DNA of 64,000 nt from Lama guanicoe. Taxonomy: Eukaryota. Of the stretch, positions 13,946 to 27,005 are shown in pieces. Made by a program: the position numbers and the translations under genes. The notes beneath the pieces are model-generated. The model worked only from the letters and a program-made list of their open reading frames with translations, was not told where the DNA came from and ran no database searches. Within the stretch, counting starts at the first letter, position 1, and every line of letters starts with the position of its first letter. The stretch is from the NCBI GenBank assembly GCA_013239625.1, contig MU053881.1, positions 9,881,957-9,945,956 of the forward strand, read 5' to 3'.

Positions 13946-14349
13946 TTTTTTTTGACATTTTTTATCAATTTATAATCATTTTACAAAGTTGTGTCAAATT
14001 CCAGTGTAGAGCACAATTTTTCAGTGAACATATATATATTCATTGTCACATTTTTTTCTCAAATTACCCAGGATATATTTCACAGAACTAGAACAAATCA
14101 TAAAAAATTTATACGGAACCATCAAAGACCTAGAATTGCCAAAGCATTACTGAAGAGAAAGAAAGAGGCTGGAGGAATAACTCTCCCAGACTTCAGACAA
14201 TACTACAGAGCTACAGTCATCAAGACAGCATGGTATTGGTACCAAAACAGACATATAGACCAATGGAACAGAACAGAGAGCCCAGAAATGAACCCACAAA
14301 CTTTTGGTCAACTCATCTTCGACAAAGGAGGCAAGAATATACAATGGAA
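13946..14349 (-). mobile_element. Young 5'-inverted L1 insertion: antisense 3' tail (13946-14060) plus sense ORF2 fragment (14061-14349)
   Basis: Poly-T and L1 3' end in reverse, then plus-strand ORF2 peptide [74 protein letters not shown]; flanking imperfect TSD ending ccatttt. Confidence 0.9.
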
Positions 14350-14676
14350 CCAAGAGACCATTTTTAATTTACTAGAGAATCTCACTTACAAGCCAGTTCC
14401 ACAGCAGGATCTCCACTTTACAACCAAGCCCTTATAAATCATGGCAGAAGATTCCTTTTTCCTCCAAAAAAGTTCCTTTTTTCTTTTTATTCTTAGAACC
14501 AGCTAGTTCATTATGCTCAGAGCAGGACGTTTTATCATCAGTGATCAATGCACTGTCCTTTTTTCCTTTTATTCCTCTGGTTTGTCTGCTTCATTTCATT
14601 TTATCTGCATTTTCCTACACCTCCCTACCCTCACAAGGAAACCATTTTAATGTGTTCATGCAGCATTGGTTTGGCA

Positions 14677-14893
14677 TAGGGTTGACAGACAGAATACAGG
14701 ACTGCCAGTTAGATATGAGTTTCAGATAAACTACAAATGATTTATTAATATGAGTACGTCTCCAACACTGTATGGGACATACTCATACTAAATGTTTGAC
14801 ACACACTTATAACTAAAGAAATTTTATATTTTATCTTAAATTCAAATTTAACCCGGCATCCTGCATTTTTATTTGCTAGTTCAGATCATCGTA
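14677..14893. mobile_element. MER53 palindromic hAT MITE
   Basis: tagggttgacagacagaatacagg...tttcagataaac...tgggacatactcatactaaa...ttatcttaaattcaaatttaacccggcatcctgcattttt; internal dyad symmetry. Confidence 0.85.
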
Positions 14894-14899
14894 GTTTGG

Positions 14900-15790
14900 T
14901 GCCATATGTACAATATGTTTCTTATTTTGCTGCATGTATCTTAGTGTATTTTAAAAATAAATGGATAATTGTCTCTCTCGTTTTTATACTAAGAATGATA
15001 TTTTCACAACCCACCTATCTGCATTTATGTCATCCAATTATTACTTCTGCTTCTGCGAATCCTGAGGGCTTCCTTGTACTTCATGGACACAGCCATCACT
15101 GGGGACATGTCTAGTACCTGCTAGATACTCAGGTTGGGATAGATACTGATTTCCAATCACCAGGAGCAATACTGTGACCAGCACGCTCCCACACGCCCTT
15201 TATCATCTGTGTGAGATCATTTTTAGACTCTAAACAAAGGGGCACGACTGCATGATCATAGTATATGTGCATGTGTCTCTATGTTCAGCATATATGTGTA
15301 TATATTTTATATATATTTATTATACATTATAAAATTAGAAATATATATACATTTAATATACGTACGGTGTATATATACTCATATACATTGAATTTGAGTA
15401 AGAACTGCCAAGCGATCTCCAGAGTAATGGCCATGAGCTCCACTCCCACCACCATTTCGTGTTTTCCCCTATTTTAATTTTTTTGCTAATTTATGAGGTA
15501 TAAAGTTATAGCTCACGCTTGTCTGAGTTTAATTACTAATACATTTCAGAAACTTCTGATATACTTGTTAGCTTTTGGAGATTACATTTATGGAAACTGT
15601 CTGTGCTTTTCCTCTGACATTTCTTTAGAGTTGTATTCTTTTTGTTGACTTGCAGGAGTTCGTTGTGAATTCCAGACATTAATCCTCTGTCTCTCTCTGT
15701 CTCTGTCTCTGTCTGTGTCTCTCTCTCTCTCAGCAGTCTTTAGCAAAAGTCTGAAAATCTTTTCAAGGAACCAATTTTTGTTTTTACCGA
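14900..15790 (-). mobile_element. Old L1 (L1ME-like) fragments, antisense, with internal (TA) and (TC) low-complexity tracts
   Basis: T-rich degenerate antisense L1 3' motifs (aagaactgccaagcgatctccagagt, ttgacttgcaggagttcgttgtgaattccagacattaatcctctgtc). Confidence 0.6.
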
Positions 15791-16389
15791 TCTTTAATGC
15801 GTTAGATGCATGTAATATCATCTTGCTCTAATGTTCTTTCTACAAGTAACCTCCATTTCCGACCCTTACAATGTTCTTGGAGAAGTTAGATTCCTGAGTG
15901 GCTGCTCCCCTGCAGTACACCAGAGCTCAGGAACAGTTCTACAATGTTATCTTGCACACGCTAAGGCAAAGGGACATCTTAAGAAGACAAGAGTCAAAAG
16001 AGAAAAAGGAGATAAGATCCCTGCATCCTCCCATCACTCCACAGAGAGGTGGAGCAGGGCCTGCACCCACAGCATGGGCCCATTTTTCAGGGGGCAGAGC
16101 TGAAACCCTTTCTGAGTTCTTTAATGGAGAAAATTTATCAATAAAAAATCCCCCAGGTGCCAGGTGTTTTGAATATAGATAATGGCTCTTTACAGGCATT
16201 GTCTGTAATTATCTCTCTTCCATTTGCAGGGGAAGGGCCACTAATCTCATGGCAAACTAAGTTCAAATGCATTCTTTCTTCCTGGTAGGAAAAGAGGAGA
16301 ATGAGGCTGAATCCAGCTTGTACTTTTTCTTAGGTAACCCAGAGCAAAATTCTCAACAAATGTGCTCATTAAACCACTTTTTTCCCCCA

Positions 16390-16980
16390 TCCAAATTATA
16401 TTTTGTCTGATATTAAGAGTACCATTCCATTTTAGTTGTCACTCCTACTTGCCTGGTCTGTATTTTGCATCTTTTATTCTTAATATTTTTTAATTGTTCT
16501 GTATTACATGTCTCTTTTCGTAAAGAGTGTCTCATTGGATCATTTTTGATATTGTTAAAGATCCAGTCCTAAGACTGTCTGGTATTTATTTATTATCAAT
16601 ATTTTAATTATTACTATCGCAGGACATGTCTGCTGTTTCACTCGATTTATCTGTTAATTTTCTGTACGTTTTTCTCCATTTTCTCCTCTCTTACTTCCCT
16701 CTATATAAACAAGTTTTGTTCTTCATATTTGAAATTATATGTTACACATTAGTACTCATGTTTTCTGCCTTTAAGACCAAGGCTGTGTATATCCAGTCAT
16801 TAAATTCTTAAACTTACCAATATCCATATCTTCTCTTGTACTGTCTATATAGTTTCATTCTTAATTGTTAAGAATGCACTTATAGCTCTTTTTTGCTTTT
16901 TAAACCTAAACTTAACCAAGTTACTTGATTTCCCCTATTTCCCATATTACTTACAAAAGCCTCCCGGTATTGTTTCCTTC
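16390..16980 (-). mobile_element. Old L1 fragment, antisense (appears to continue at about 19030-20640)
   Basis: ttgtctgatattaagagtaccattcca...cttgcctggtctgtattttgcatc is the antisense L1 ORF2 5' region; T-rich. Confidence 0.55.
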
Positions 16981-16984
16981 TTCT

Positions 16985-18492
16985 ATGGCATGGTATTATA
17001 TACAGAAAATGCTAAAGACTCCACCAAAAAAACTGTTTGAACTAATAAACAAATTCAGTAAATGTGCAGGGTACAAAAGCAATACGCAAAGATCTGTTGT
17101 GTTTCTATACACTGACAACAAACCACCAGAAAGAGAAATCAAGTAAATAATCTCACTTAAAATCGCATCAAAAAGAATCAAATGCCTAGGAATTAGTTTA
17201 ACCAAGGGGATAAACAAACCTGTACACATATGTCTATAAGACATTGTAGATATTGTCCATATAGAGGAAAGCTGAAGAAGTCACACATAAATGGAAAGAT
17301 ACTCCATGCTCATGGATTGGAAGAATTAATATTGTTAAAATGTCCTAAAATTTGTATGGCACCACAAAAGACCCCAAGTAGCCGAAGCAATCTTGAGAAA
17401 GAAGAACAAAGCTGGAGATACACCATGTCCCAATTTCAAACTATATTACAAAATTATAGTAATCAAAACAGTATGATATTGATATAAAAACAGACACACA
17501 GATCAACACTACAGGGTAGATAGCCAAGAAATAAACCCAAGAATGTATCGTCAATTTATGACAAAGGGGCTAAGAATATACAATGGAGAAAAACAATCTC
17601 TTCAATAAATGGTGTTGGGAAAACCAGACAGCCACACGCAAAAGAATGAAATTGGACCACTATCTTACACCACACACAAAAATCAACACAAAATGAATTA
17701 AGGAGTTGAATGTAAGACCTGAAACCATAAAATTCCTAGAACACAACATAGGCAGTAAGCTCCCTGAAATGGATCTTGGCAATGATTTTTAGGATTTGAC
17801 ACCAAAAGCAAAGGCAGCAAAAGCAAAAATAAACAGCTGAGACCACATCAAACAAAAAAGCTTCCACACAGAAGAGGAAACTATCAGTAAAATAAAAAGG
17901 CAGTCTACTAAAAGGGAGGAAATATTTGCAAACCCCATATCTGATAAGGGATTAATGCACAAAATATACGAAGAACTCATACAAATTAATTCCAAAAAAA
18001 GGTTTGATTTAAAAAAAATGGGCAGAGGATCTAAATAGATATTTTTCCAAAGAAGACATACAGATGGCCAACAGGTACATGAAAAGAAGCTCAACCTCAC
18101 TAATCATCAGACAAGGCAACTCAAAACCAAACTGAGACATCACCTCACATCTGTCAGAATGGCTAATATTAAAAAGACAACAAATAACAAGTGTTGCCAA
18201 GAATGTGAAGAAAAGAGAACCCTTGTGTATTGCTGGTAGGAATGTAAATTGGTTCAACCACCATGGGAAACAGTATGGAGGTTCCTCAAAGAATCAAAAC
18301 TAAAACTACCATGTGATCCAGTAGTTCCACTTTTGAGTATTTACCTGGAGAAAACTCAAACAGTAGCTGAAAAAGCTATTTACAGCCCTGTGTTCACTGC
18401 AGCATATTACAACAGCCAAGATATGGAAGCAATCTAAGGGTCCACTGATGGGTGAATAGAGAAAATGTGATACACACACACACAATGGAATG

Positions 18493-18534
<42 letters not shown>

Positions 18535-19020
18535 TACTATTTAGCCATTAAAAAAAAATGAAATCTTGCTACTTGTAACAACATGGATGGACCATCAGGG
18601 CATTATGGTAAGTTTTCTCACTTATCCATCAATCTAAAAAACAGAAAAAACAAAAACAAAAAAAGCCCTCACAAAGCTCACAGATACAGAGATCAGACTG
18701 GTGGTTGCCAGAGGCAGTGGATATGGAGGGGATGGTTTACAAGATGGGTGAAGGGGCTCAAAAGGTACTAACTTCCAGTTGTGAAATAAATAACTCACAA
18801 GGATGTAATGTACAGAATGGTGACTATAGTGAAAAATATACTCCATCGTAAAACTTAAAAGTTCTTATCACAAGGGAAAAATTTGGGACTATGTACCGTC
18901 ACAGATGTTGGTTGGACTTATTGTGGTGATGCTTTCACAATGTATACAAAAACCAAGTCACTGTGTTGTACACCTGAAACTCATACAATGTTACACGTCA
19001 ATTATATCTTAAATACATAA
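16985..19020 (+). mobile_element. 5'-truncated L1 (L1MA9/L1MB-like): ORF2 3' half and 3' UTR, inactive
   Basis: ORF2 fragments (KTPPKKLFELINKFSKCAGYKSNTQRSVVFLYT; MVQPPWETVWRFLKESKLKLPCDPVVPLLSIY); 3' end gttgtacacctgaaactcatacaatgttacacgtcaattatatct; frameshifts and stops. Confidence 0.92.
18472..18532 (+). repeat. (CA)n microsatellite inside the L1 3' region
   Basis: Direct observation. Confidence 0.95.
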
Positions 19021-19377
19021 ATGAGTAAGTGACAGTGTAGGTGGCTTGCTCTTTCTCTCTGGAATTTTTTTTTCCTTTTTGCTTAAATTTCACTAAAATA
19101 TTTGAATGTGACAATGTCTTAACCCTCCTGTTTGCCTTGTTCTTGTCTCTTCCAATTTGAGACCCTTTAATATGGTAATTTACAACTTTAATTTTAGAAA
19201 ATTTCTTATTGATTTCTTCAGATATTTCCTTTCTTCTGTTTTCTCCCTCATTCTGTACTTTCTGTTGCTTAGCTGTTAGTATGTTTATTTTTCAACATTT
19301 TTATCCACTGACTCTTTTTTTAAAATTATCACATTGTACACTTAATTTTTTAATTTTTATTTTTCAGGCATAGGCAA

Positions 19378-19790
19378 ATATTTTTTTAACTTTTTAAAAA
19401 TTTTTATTTTCTGTTATAGTCAGTTACAATGTGTCAATACAGCACAATGTCCCAGTCTTGCATGTACGTACATATATTTGTTTTCATATTCTTTTTCATT
19501 AAAGATTATTATAGGATTTTGAATATGGTTCCCTGTGCTATACAGAAGAAATTTGTTTTTAATCTATTTTTATATATAGTGGCTAACATTTGCAAATCTC
19601 AAACTCCCAAATTTATCCCTTCCCACCCCCTTTCCCTGGTAACCATAAGATTGTTTACTGTGTCTGTGAGTCTGTTTCTATTTTGTAGATAAGGTCATTA
19701 GTGTCCTTTTTTTCCTTTCTTTATTTTTTATTTAGATTCCACATATTAGTGATATCATATGGTATTTTTCTTTCTTTTTTTTTTTTTTTC
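19378..19790 (-). mobile_element. Camelid-type L1 3' UTR, antisense, nested in older L1
   Basis: T-rich tail then gttacaatgtgtcaatacagcacaatgtcccagtcttgcatg...gttccctgtgctatacag...ttagattccacatattagtgatatcatatggtatttttctttc. Confidence 0.85.
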
Positions 19791-21679
19791 AAAGGCCATC
19801 CACCTGATTTTCTCTCCCTAATCTATGTCCTGCTATTTATCATGCTCACTGAGTTCCTTATTTCTATCACTTTTATTCCTGTTTTCCCACTTGGTCCTTT
19901 TCATGATATTGCAAACATCTTCCTGCATCTTTCAGTGCACTTTTCATGCTTATTTCAAGTTCTTTCTTTGTATGTTTCAATTATTCTGCCTCAGATGGTC
20001 TATGTTGTTCCTCTGTGACCTTTGTTTGCTAGTAGTTATTTTGCAAGTGTCTAGTTTTTTGCCGGTGAATTCATGTCACAGGGCACATGAAGATCTCTGT
20101 GGAATCTGTGATAGAAAGGGCTGAAAGACTTGGTTGGAATACCTTCAGGTGAATAGAAGGAGTTAGAAAGGGAAAAAGCTCCCAAGCACAGAACTCCAGC
20201 AACCCTCGGATGTCTGCTAAGCACTCTTATTTATTTCCAATCTCTTCTGATCATTATTCCACCTATCAACACTAAGAAAGCAGCAGGAGTTGGGTCTCTG
20301 GGTCCCAATTTTTTATTTCTGAGTTTAGAGGAACGGAGATGTGAAGACCTGAGCAGGTCTGGCCAGCCTTCAAGTTTTCACTGTCACACCAGTATGCCTT
20401 TTACATAGCCCTGAACTTCGCCCTGCTCTTATCCAACACGGGGGCCTTGAATATTGTGTCCAATTTCTGTTGTAAAAGAGCAGGAGCAAAATTTCATAGG
20501 ATCCTACAACCTATGTCGTCATGGCTGCCTCCTTTCATTCCTAATTTAGTCTTTAACCATCACCCACCAAAACTCTCAGAGAGCCAAGGCAGACCTCAGA
20601 CTCCTCAAGGGTTCTGTGGTTCTCCCCTTTCCATTCCTCAAATCCATGCTTTTCTCCAGCTTCTTTAGCTTCCTTAGGGCTGAGTTCGGGGAAAGAACCA
20701 ATATCCCAGGCCAGTTTGTCATCTCAACAAGAACCCAGTATTTAGTGTTCTAAGTTGTATTTTGCCTACAGCCCAAGTCCATATTATTAACCAATCCATA
20801 TTATTAACCAACTCCAGCCTGTTCCTATTAAATGTCCTTAATTCATTCTCTGATTTATTCTTCCAACAAATATTATTGAGATTAAGACATGCTGGCCTTC
20901 TCACAGGTTCCAGGGACACAAAATGAATTAAAGTATGATACAGACCTTGAAGCATTTAGCTAAAACCAGTCTAAAAGGACTTTTGGGGAACACACAATAA
21001 AAATCCTTTGCAACTACCACATCAGTTATTTGAATTACAGTGGCGATTAGAATGTATTTTGTCCCATCCACGTAACTCAAAAAGATTATTTTTAATGAGC
21101 TATTATTTCATTTCCCAGGCTTTATTTCTCATCTAATTCTTTTAAAAATAGCATTTCATATTATTGAGGGGTTAGCTCATCTGCTGATTGCTATACCTTC
21201 TGGGATCCCTTCTGTCCCCTAAGGCTGAGGCAAAACCCACATTTACTAATGAACTGCCAAAAAAATTCACTTCACAAATTCCTACTCATGTGCCATTACT
21301 GTAAAGGCTTTGTAGTTATTACAGTGATGAGTTTATAGCCTGGAAAGTAGGACAATGCTGTTTTGACTAATTCATTACCTACACTTTACACATTTTAAAG
21401 AGGAAAAAAAGAGTGTGTGCGTGTGTGTGCGTGTGTGTGAGAGGGACAGACAGAGAGGCGGAGAACTGTATGTGTTTTCTCACTGGCATTGGACTCCATT
21501 CTACAACATGATAAAGGACTGATTAAACATTTATTTCAGTCTTGCTCTTTGAACTCATGTCAGCCTTTGGTAACTCCTGCCCCTTCCGTAGGTCATTCAT
21601 TTATTTGTTCATTCAATGAATGTTAATTTCATGCCCACTCTGCGTGTGCCCACTCTGAAGGTGCTGAAGATGTAGCTAT

Positions 21680-22295
21680 TGGGGTGGCTTTGTAATGGAT
21701 CAGCCTGGCTCGGCTGAATGACATTTCCCAGAATTCCGTTTCCTGCGTATGTCTGGTTAGACTGGGCCACAAGGAACATTTCTTATGGGAGATTTGGAGG
21801 ATGAAAGTGAAGTAAGAGCCACTGCGTATTTCACACCCACTGACGGTGAGCTGCTGACTCACCTTGTCGGCGTGAGTTACTAGCTGGACCTCTAATGCTG
21901 CACCTTCCCCTGGATCTTCCTCAAGCTTCTTTGACTTACGGAATATGTGTTCCCTCCATCAGAATAGGTCCTAGTTTCTGCAGGACATCCATACCACCAC
22001 TGTCAGAGGAAACAAGCCCTGACATGGGGTTCAGCCCATCCTTGAGGGGTTCCAGCTCATGCTTGTGGGTTCCAGCCTACTCCTGATCTCCCCTCCTCTA
22101 CGTCCACCTTCCGTTCCTGACTGCCTGTGTACGTACCTTAAAACTTCAGCACGATATAGGAAGACAAAGTCTTAAAGACAAGGCTTAACCAAGCCCCGCA
22201 CTGCATGATGTCAAACCCCAGCAGCAAATTCCTTCATATTATATGGACGCATCTCCTCCTGGTTCTGCTTCTCTGATGGAACCCTGACTGATACA
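21680..22295 (+). mobile_element. ERVL solo LTR (MLT2E/F-like) inserted in an L2 fragment
   Basis: Starts tggggtggctttgtaatg...catttcccagaattcc; ends ggttctgcttctctgatggaaccctgactgataca; 5-bp TSD gctat/actat; L2 pieces on both sides. Confidence 0.85.
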
Positions 22296-22899
22296 ACTAT
22301 AAATAAGATCATCATAATTTCTGTCCTAATGGAGCTTACAGATAGGGAGGAATATACTTTCAAAATATTACATCACAGTTAATGCATTACATCTATGAAA
22401 CTGTGAGCAAAAATTCAGAGTGCAAGAGATCCTTTTAGCAGGGGTCTTCTGGAGAGATTCTCAGAAGGATTTTGGAGCCAAGAGTGTGTTCCATTTCACT
22501 TAGATCCCCTTAGATCCTGATTCATCCCGTTTGTAAATGCTCCCTGGTTTCAGTGTACCTTTGTTTCCAAAAACAGCAATTCTTGTTTGAAGGACTGCTC
22601 TTGGGCTATTGAAGCCTGCTTGGCCCTCACGAGGAGAACCTGACCTGTAATCCACAAGGCATGGTGGTCTCTAAACTTATTTGTTTCTATGATCCAGGAA
22701 AGAGCTTCCCTCAACCGTCTTTTATCTGGTAACTTTACTTGCTTAGTGACTCCTGTGGATGGAATCAAAGCAGATGATGATAAACCTTTTTTTTTTTTCA
22801 CTTAGAATTGAACATCCAGAAGCTATTAGATATACATTTAATGCTTTAATAACAGCTAATCAATTTTAGAAATGCTTATTCTATCCACTGTTCTCAGAT

Positions 22900-23830
22900 A
22901 TAATGTTATCTTACTTCTTCCAAAGCTCCCCTGCCAACCGAAAACAAGTGGCTTCTCTTTATCTGAGCAAATGGCACTTTAATTGATGCAGCTGCCAACC
23001 TGAGCGTTACCTCAGCCTCTTTACTTCTCGGTCCCTCCCATCACATCAGTTGCCAAGTCATTTAAGACATACTTTCGTTTCTTTCCAACCTGTTTCCTTT
23101 TCCACCCCTTTCTTTCAGTCCTCTTTACGACTGGCCTAGCTAAGAACCATTATCATCTCTTGTCCAGCTTGTTCCAGGAGTGTCTTAACTTTTCTCCCTC
23201 CAGTCCTGCCACCTTCAGTTTATCTTCTACTCTATCTCAGAAGGAACTTGCACTCCATGGCAACCATACAAGCACCCACCTCAAAATTCAACAAGTGTTC
23301 ACAAGCATAAACCAATGTACTTTGATTTTAGTAGAACTCACCTGAAAAACTTAACATGCAGATGGATGCTCCACTGTACATCATATATAAAAACGTTTCA
23401 GTGTCTTCATGAAGATTAGGATTTAGTCTGGCCACTGCTCAGCTGTCCGGCTCTTCCCTCACATTCTTTTCTATCCTTTGAAACTCTATTCATCTACTGA
23501 GTGTTCTCTTTTTCTACCTCCTGGCCTTTGCATATGCTGTTTCTACTACTCAGAATGTCCTGCCTCCCCTTGTCAAAGCTGCATTGCTCTGTCAATTCAC
23601 ACATCGTTGTGGGACACCTTCCCTGATACCCTCGGGCACAACAAGCTTTGGTTTCTCTAGGCGTCTGCTGTACTCTGTGCCTTTAAAATAACACTCATGT
23701 CACAATTGGCACTTGGGCATATATCCTTTTCCCAAATAGACTGTAAATCCTTGATAGGAAGAAACCGGCCTTTTAATTTTCAAATTCACCAACATATCAG
23801 AGATGACTTAAATATATCTGATAAAGAGTT
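22900..23830 (+). mobile_element. Degenerate L2 LINE
   Basis: Pyrimidine-rich L2 motifs (ggcctttgcatatgctgtttctactactcagaatgtcc; tagactgtaaatccttgatagg). Confidence 0.6.
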
Positions 23831-24374
23831 AACATATACTGCTCTCTGAGGAACTCAAAGCATTCTGAAACGACTTCTGCTCTATTATAGGGTATGTAAC
23901 AAATAGGAAATGACCTCTCTTTTGTACCCAAAGACTTAGCTCTGTCCCCACCAAACTCCCATCTCCCACTCAACAAAATAAACTCCCTTCAGTTACCCAG
24001 ACTTTCCTTTATTTGAACCGAATTGTAATTACTCAAGCTTTTACTTTAAGGATCTCACCTGCCCCCCTCCAGTCAAGCCCCCAAGCACTTAATCATGTTA
24101 ATCTTTTCAACCAGAGTTTTGAAAATACAATTTCCCCTATGTAATCATACTTGCTGTGATATCTCAGTGTCCCTTAAAGAGAGATGCTCTGGACAACGGC
24201 CCAAGCAGCCGACCCTGGATCTGATGTATCTTGAGTGGTCACTAATAGGCTCCCATCAGAAGCACCCTACGATGTATTCAGGAGCTTTGAGGAAATGCGC
24301 AAAACCTACACCACTTCTAGTGAACAAACAGCCTTGAGTTAAAACAAATCACACTGAGCAAATTTCTCACTTAC

Positions 24375-24415
24375 GTCTGATTCAGCACCAGTAACACTGA
24401 CCAAGTGGTGGTTAA
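24375..24415 (-). other. Candidate 41-nt spliced exon
   Basis: Minus strand: tttatgttctccacccttgttacag|ttaaccacc...gaatcagac|gtaagtgag; consensus donor, good acceptor, unique sequence. Confidence 0.55.
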
Positions 24416-25332
24416 CTGTAACAAGGGTGGAGAACATAAATTTTTCTTGGTCCCTAGGCCAGTGTTTCTCAAGCTGTGGACATCAGACTGCCTGCATCTG
24501 AATCAACAACATGTTTCTTAAAATACACCTTCCTTAGGTCTATCTATTAAGACTTTGTCCGAATCCCTAGAGACAGGACTCAGGACTCCCAGCTGGTTTG
24601 GTGCTGCTCTTGTTTGCAAACTTAAGAGCAATGCTAATCCTCAAGGCAAAAATGCAAAATTAACAAAACATTTTATTTCAAGTCCTCTCACATCTCTGGA
24701 TACCTAGCCACTGCCATAGTCTTCCTGCAACACCTTTTTGCAGAGTTTTCCTCTCATAATAAATGGTACTTCATTTTCAACATCACCGGTGCAATGATCT
24801 CGCAATCAGCATTTCAGATGTTAGCTAGAAAAAAAATTCTTTCTTCTGAGTATAATAAGAGATTTATTATTATTAAAAAGAGTCATTTAAACTTATTAGG
24901 TGCATAAAAATGACACCAAGTACCTGAAATCTTCCTTGATGTGCAGATAAAATTATTTTTTAAAAAAATGGAGCTAAGGCAATGTTGAGTGTCTTTAATC
25001 ACTTCATTTACTTTAAGTCATGTCTACAAGGGCAAACATAACGGAGCACTGCCCAGTTATTTCGAGAGCCTGAACATTATAGATTGTAAAAAATCTGATT
25101 AATAGTTATTATAGTTTCTATTTTCCTCCCAAAATGAGTTGCTTTGAATGACCCATGTAATTGTATTATCCCTTTACTTCTTTTGGCTTTTTAAATAAAC
25201 AATTCCTTGAGGGTAAAACTCATTTCCACATTTCTTTAGTACAGTACGCATATCCTAGTTTGGCACTGTTCATTTTGAGAAGTTCTAGTTGGCAAGCACA
25301 CCAAGACTTACAATATTAGGTTAAAAAAAACA

Positions 25333-25408
25333 ATATATATATATATACACTCTAAGAAATATATATATATATACACACATGTGTATATATATGTGTATAT
25401 ATATATAC
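25333..25408. repeat. (TA)n/(TG/CA) compound microsatellite
   Basis: Direct observation. Confidence 0.9.
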
Positions 25409-27005
25409 TTTAAGAAATTAAAATATTTCCAAATAGTCATTATCTACCTGAATGTCACCATTTTATGCTTCTTTTTTTTTTTTTTGGTACTAATTCTCTA
25501 AATAGAGAACAGTAGTAAATGTTTGAATTAAGATCTTAGTTACAGGTCCAAAATGAACAACACTCACTCACTTAGCTTAAGCATCTATGTTTTCAAAGCA
25601 ATTGTTATTATGTAAAAATTCTGAATAAAAGTGGCCCTTCTAATAAACACGGTTCAATAGCAAACACATTCATTGTGCCCATGCATTTCTTCTAAAGAAA
25701 AACTAAAAGGAAGCTAAGGGGCCTTCAGAATAAAGCAGCAAATAACAAATGTAGAAAGAAGGGTGCCATGACTTCATTCTCATTAATGACTTTGACGATC
25801 ATTACTTGCTGTCAAGGGGCATTAGTCAGGGTTCAGTCTTTAGCCCAGGCATTTAGCATTCAATATCATACAGCCAAAGTGAAGAACTTCTCCACGTCAA
25901 TTATCTATTACAAACAAACTATCAAGTCCCTTTGAAATAGTTAAACAAATCTATACATTGATATTTGCCGGGAACTTTTTATGCTACATTGAACCGACTT
26001 GAGGTTTATGCAGTATTAACTTCTGCGCGTGGATATTTCTGAGATCTTAAAATTGGGAAACTCTCAAAGGAGATGAAGATTCTGATGCACTGCAGAAATG
26101 CTGGCTATTCCTATCAAGACAGTGAAAACACGGAGAAGTGCATTTCCAGTGCCCCAAATTAAGGATGCTTTCTAAATCTTCCATTTCATTAAATTGCATG
26201 GCTGGATAGGAGAGTCTTGCTAAAATATTGTGATTAACACAAAGGAAACTTAACAGACAATGCTATTATAGGTGAAAGACTGCTAATTGCCATCTTCCCA
26301 ATAACTTATTGATTTTAATCAAATCTTCCTAGAGCAGCATGCCAGAGGCAAATGGATAACTAGACAGAGGGAAAACACAACAATGGAAGGAGTAATATGG
26401 AAGAAATTATTCATGTTTGATTTGTATAAAATTGAACAAATATTCTTGATCAGCATTTATACAAATATAGAACCGTCGGGAAGGTGTTATCTCAATTGCT
26501 CCTCTCACAGTGTATTGAAAATTACCATAACTGTTAGCATTTTTAATTATTTTGATCTGCTGAAAATAGATTAAACTGAATGGGAAATTGGCTTATTAAG
26601 GCTTATATATCTGAGTTAATATGAAATGTTCTCAGCCACTGTGCCTTGAGAATCTTTCAGTCTAAAAGATTGCACTGTCTCTGGTCGACAATGGGAGGAG
26701 GAAGGGTATAGGATTTAATCCTCAGAAAGTGAAGTTCTGTTTTGGGGTGGGTGTTAAGTAAAAACCTTCTCGCTCCCATCATTTCATTAGGACAACTTAA
26801 CCACATCTGGTAATGGGAATATTTCATAAATGAACAACACGTCTGTTTGAGAAACAGAACTGAGTTTTCATAAGGGAAAAAAAAATCTTGCTAGACTAAA
26901 CTTAACACTTGAAAGAAAATGGAGAATCCTTGAAATCTGTCTTGTCTTACAAGAGTAGTTTCTCAGTGGGAGGTTCAGTATAGTGTGAAACACTGAAGAA
27001 CTCAC

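Noticed and set aside
13991..14437. 148-aa ORF with a protein-like core
   Set aside because: It is an L1 ORF2 fragment joined to antisense tail and flank, not a host gene
16925..18846. Several ORFs on both strands
   Set aside because: Broken L1 ORF2 and 3' UTR and their antisense frames
20779..20811. Tandem duplication of ccatattattaaccaa (similar ones near 37248 and 42758)
   Set aside because: Ordinary slippage duplications with no spacers; not CRISPR-like
21850..21870. Strong minus-strand donor caag|gtgagt
   Set aside because: Inside the MLT2 LTR with no convincing acceptor
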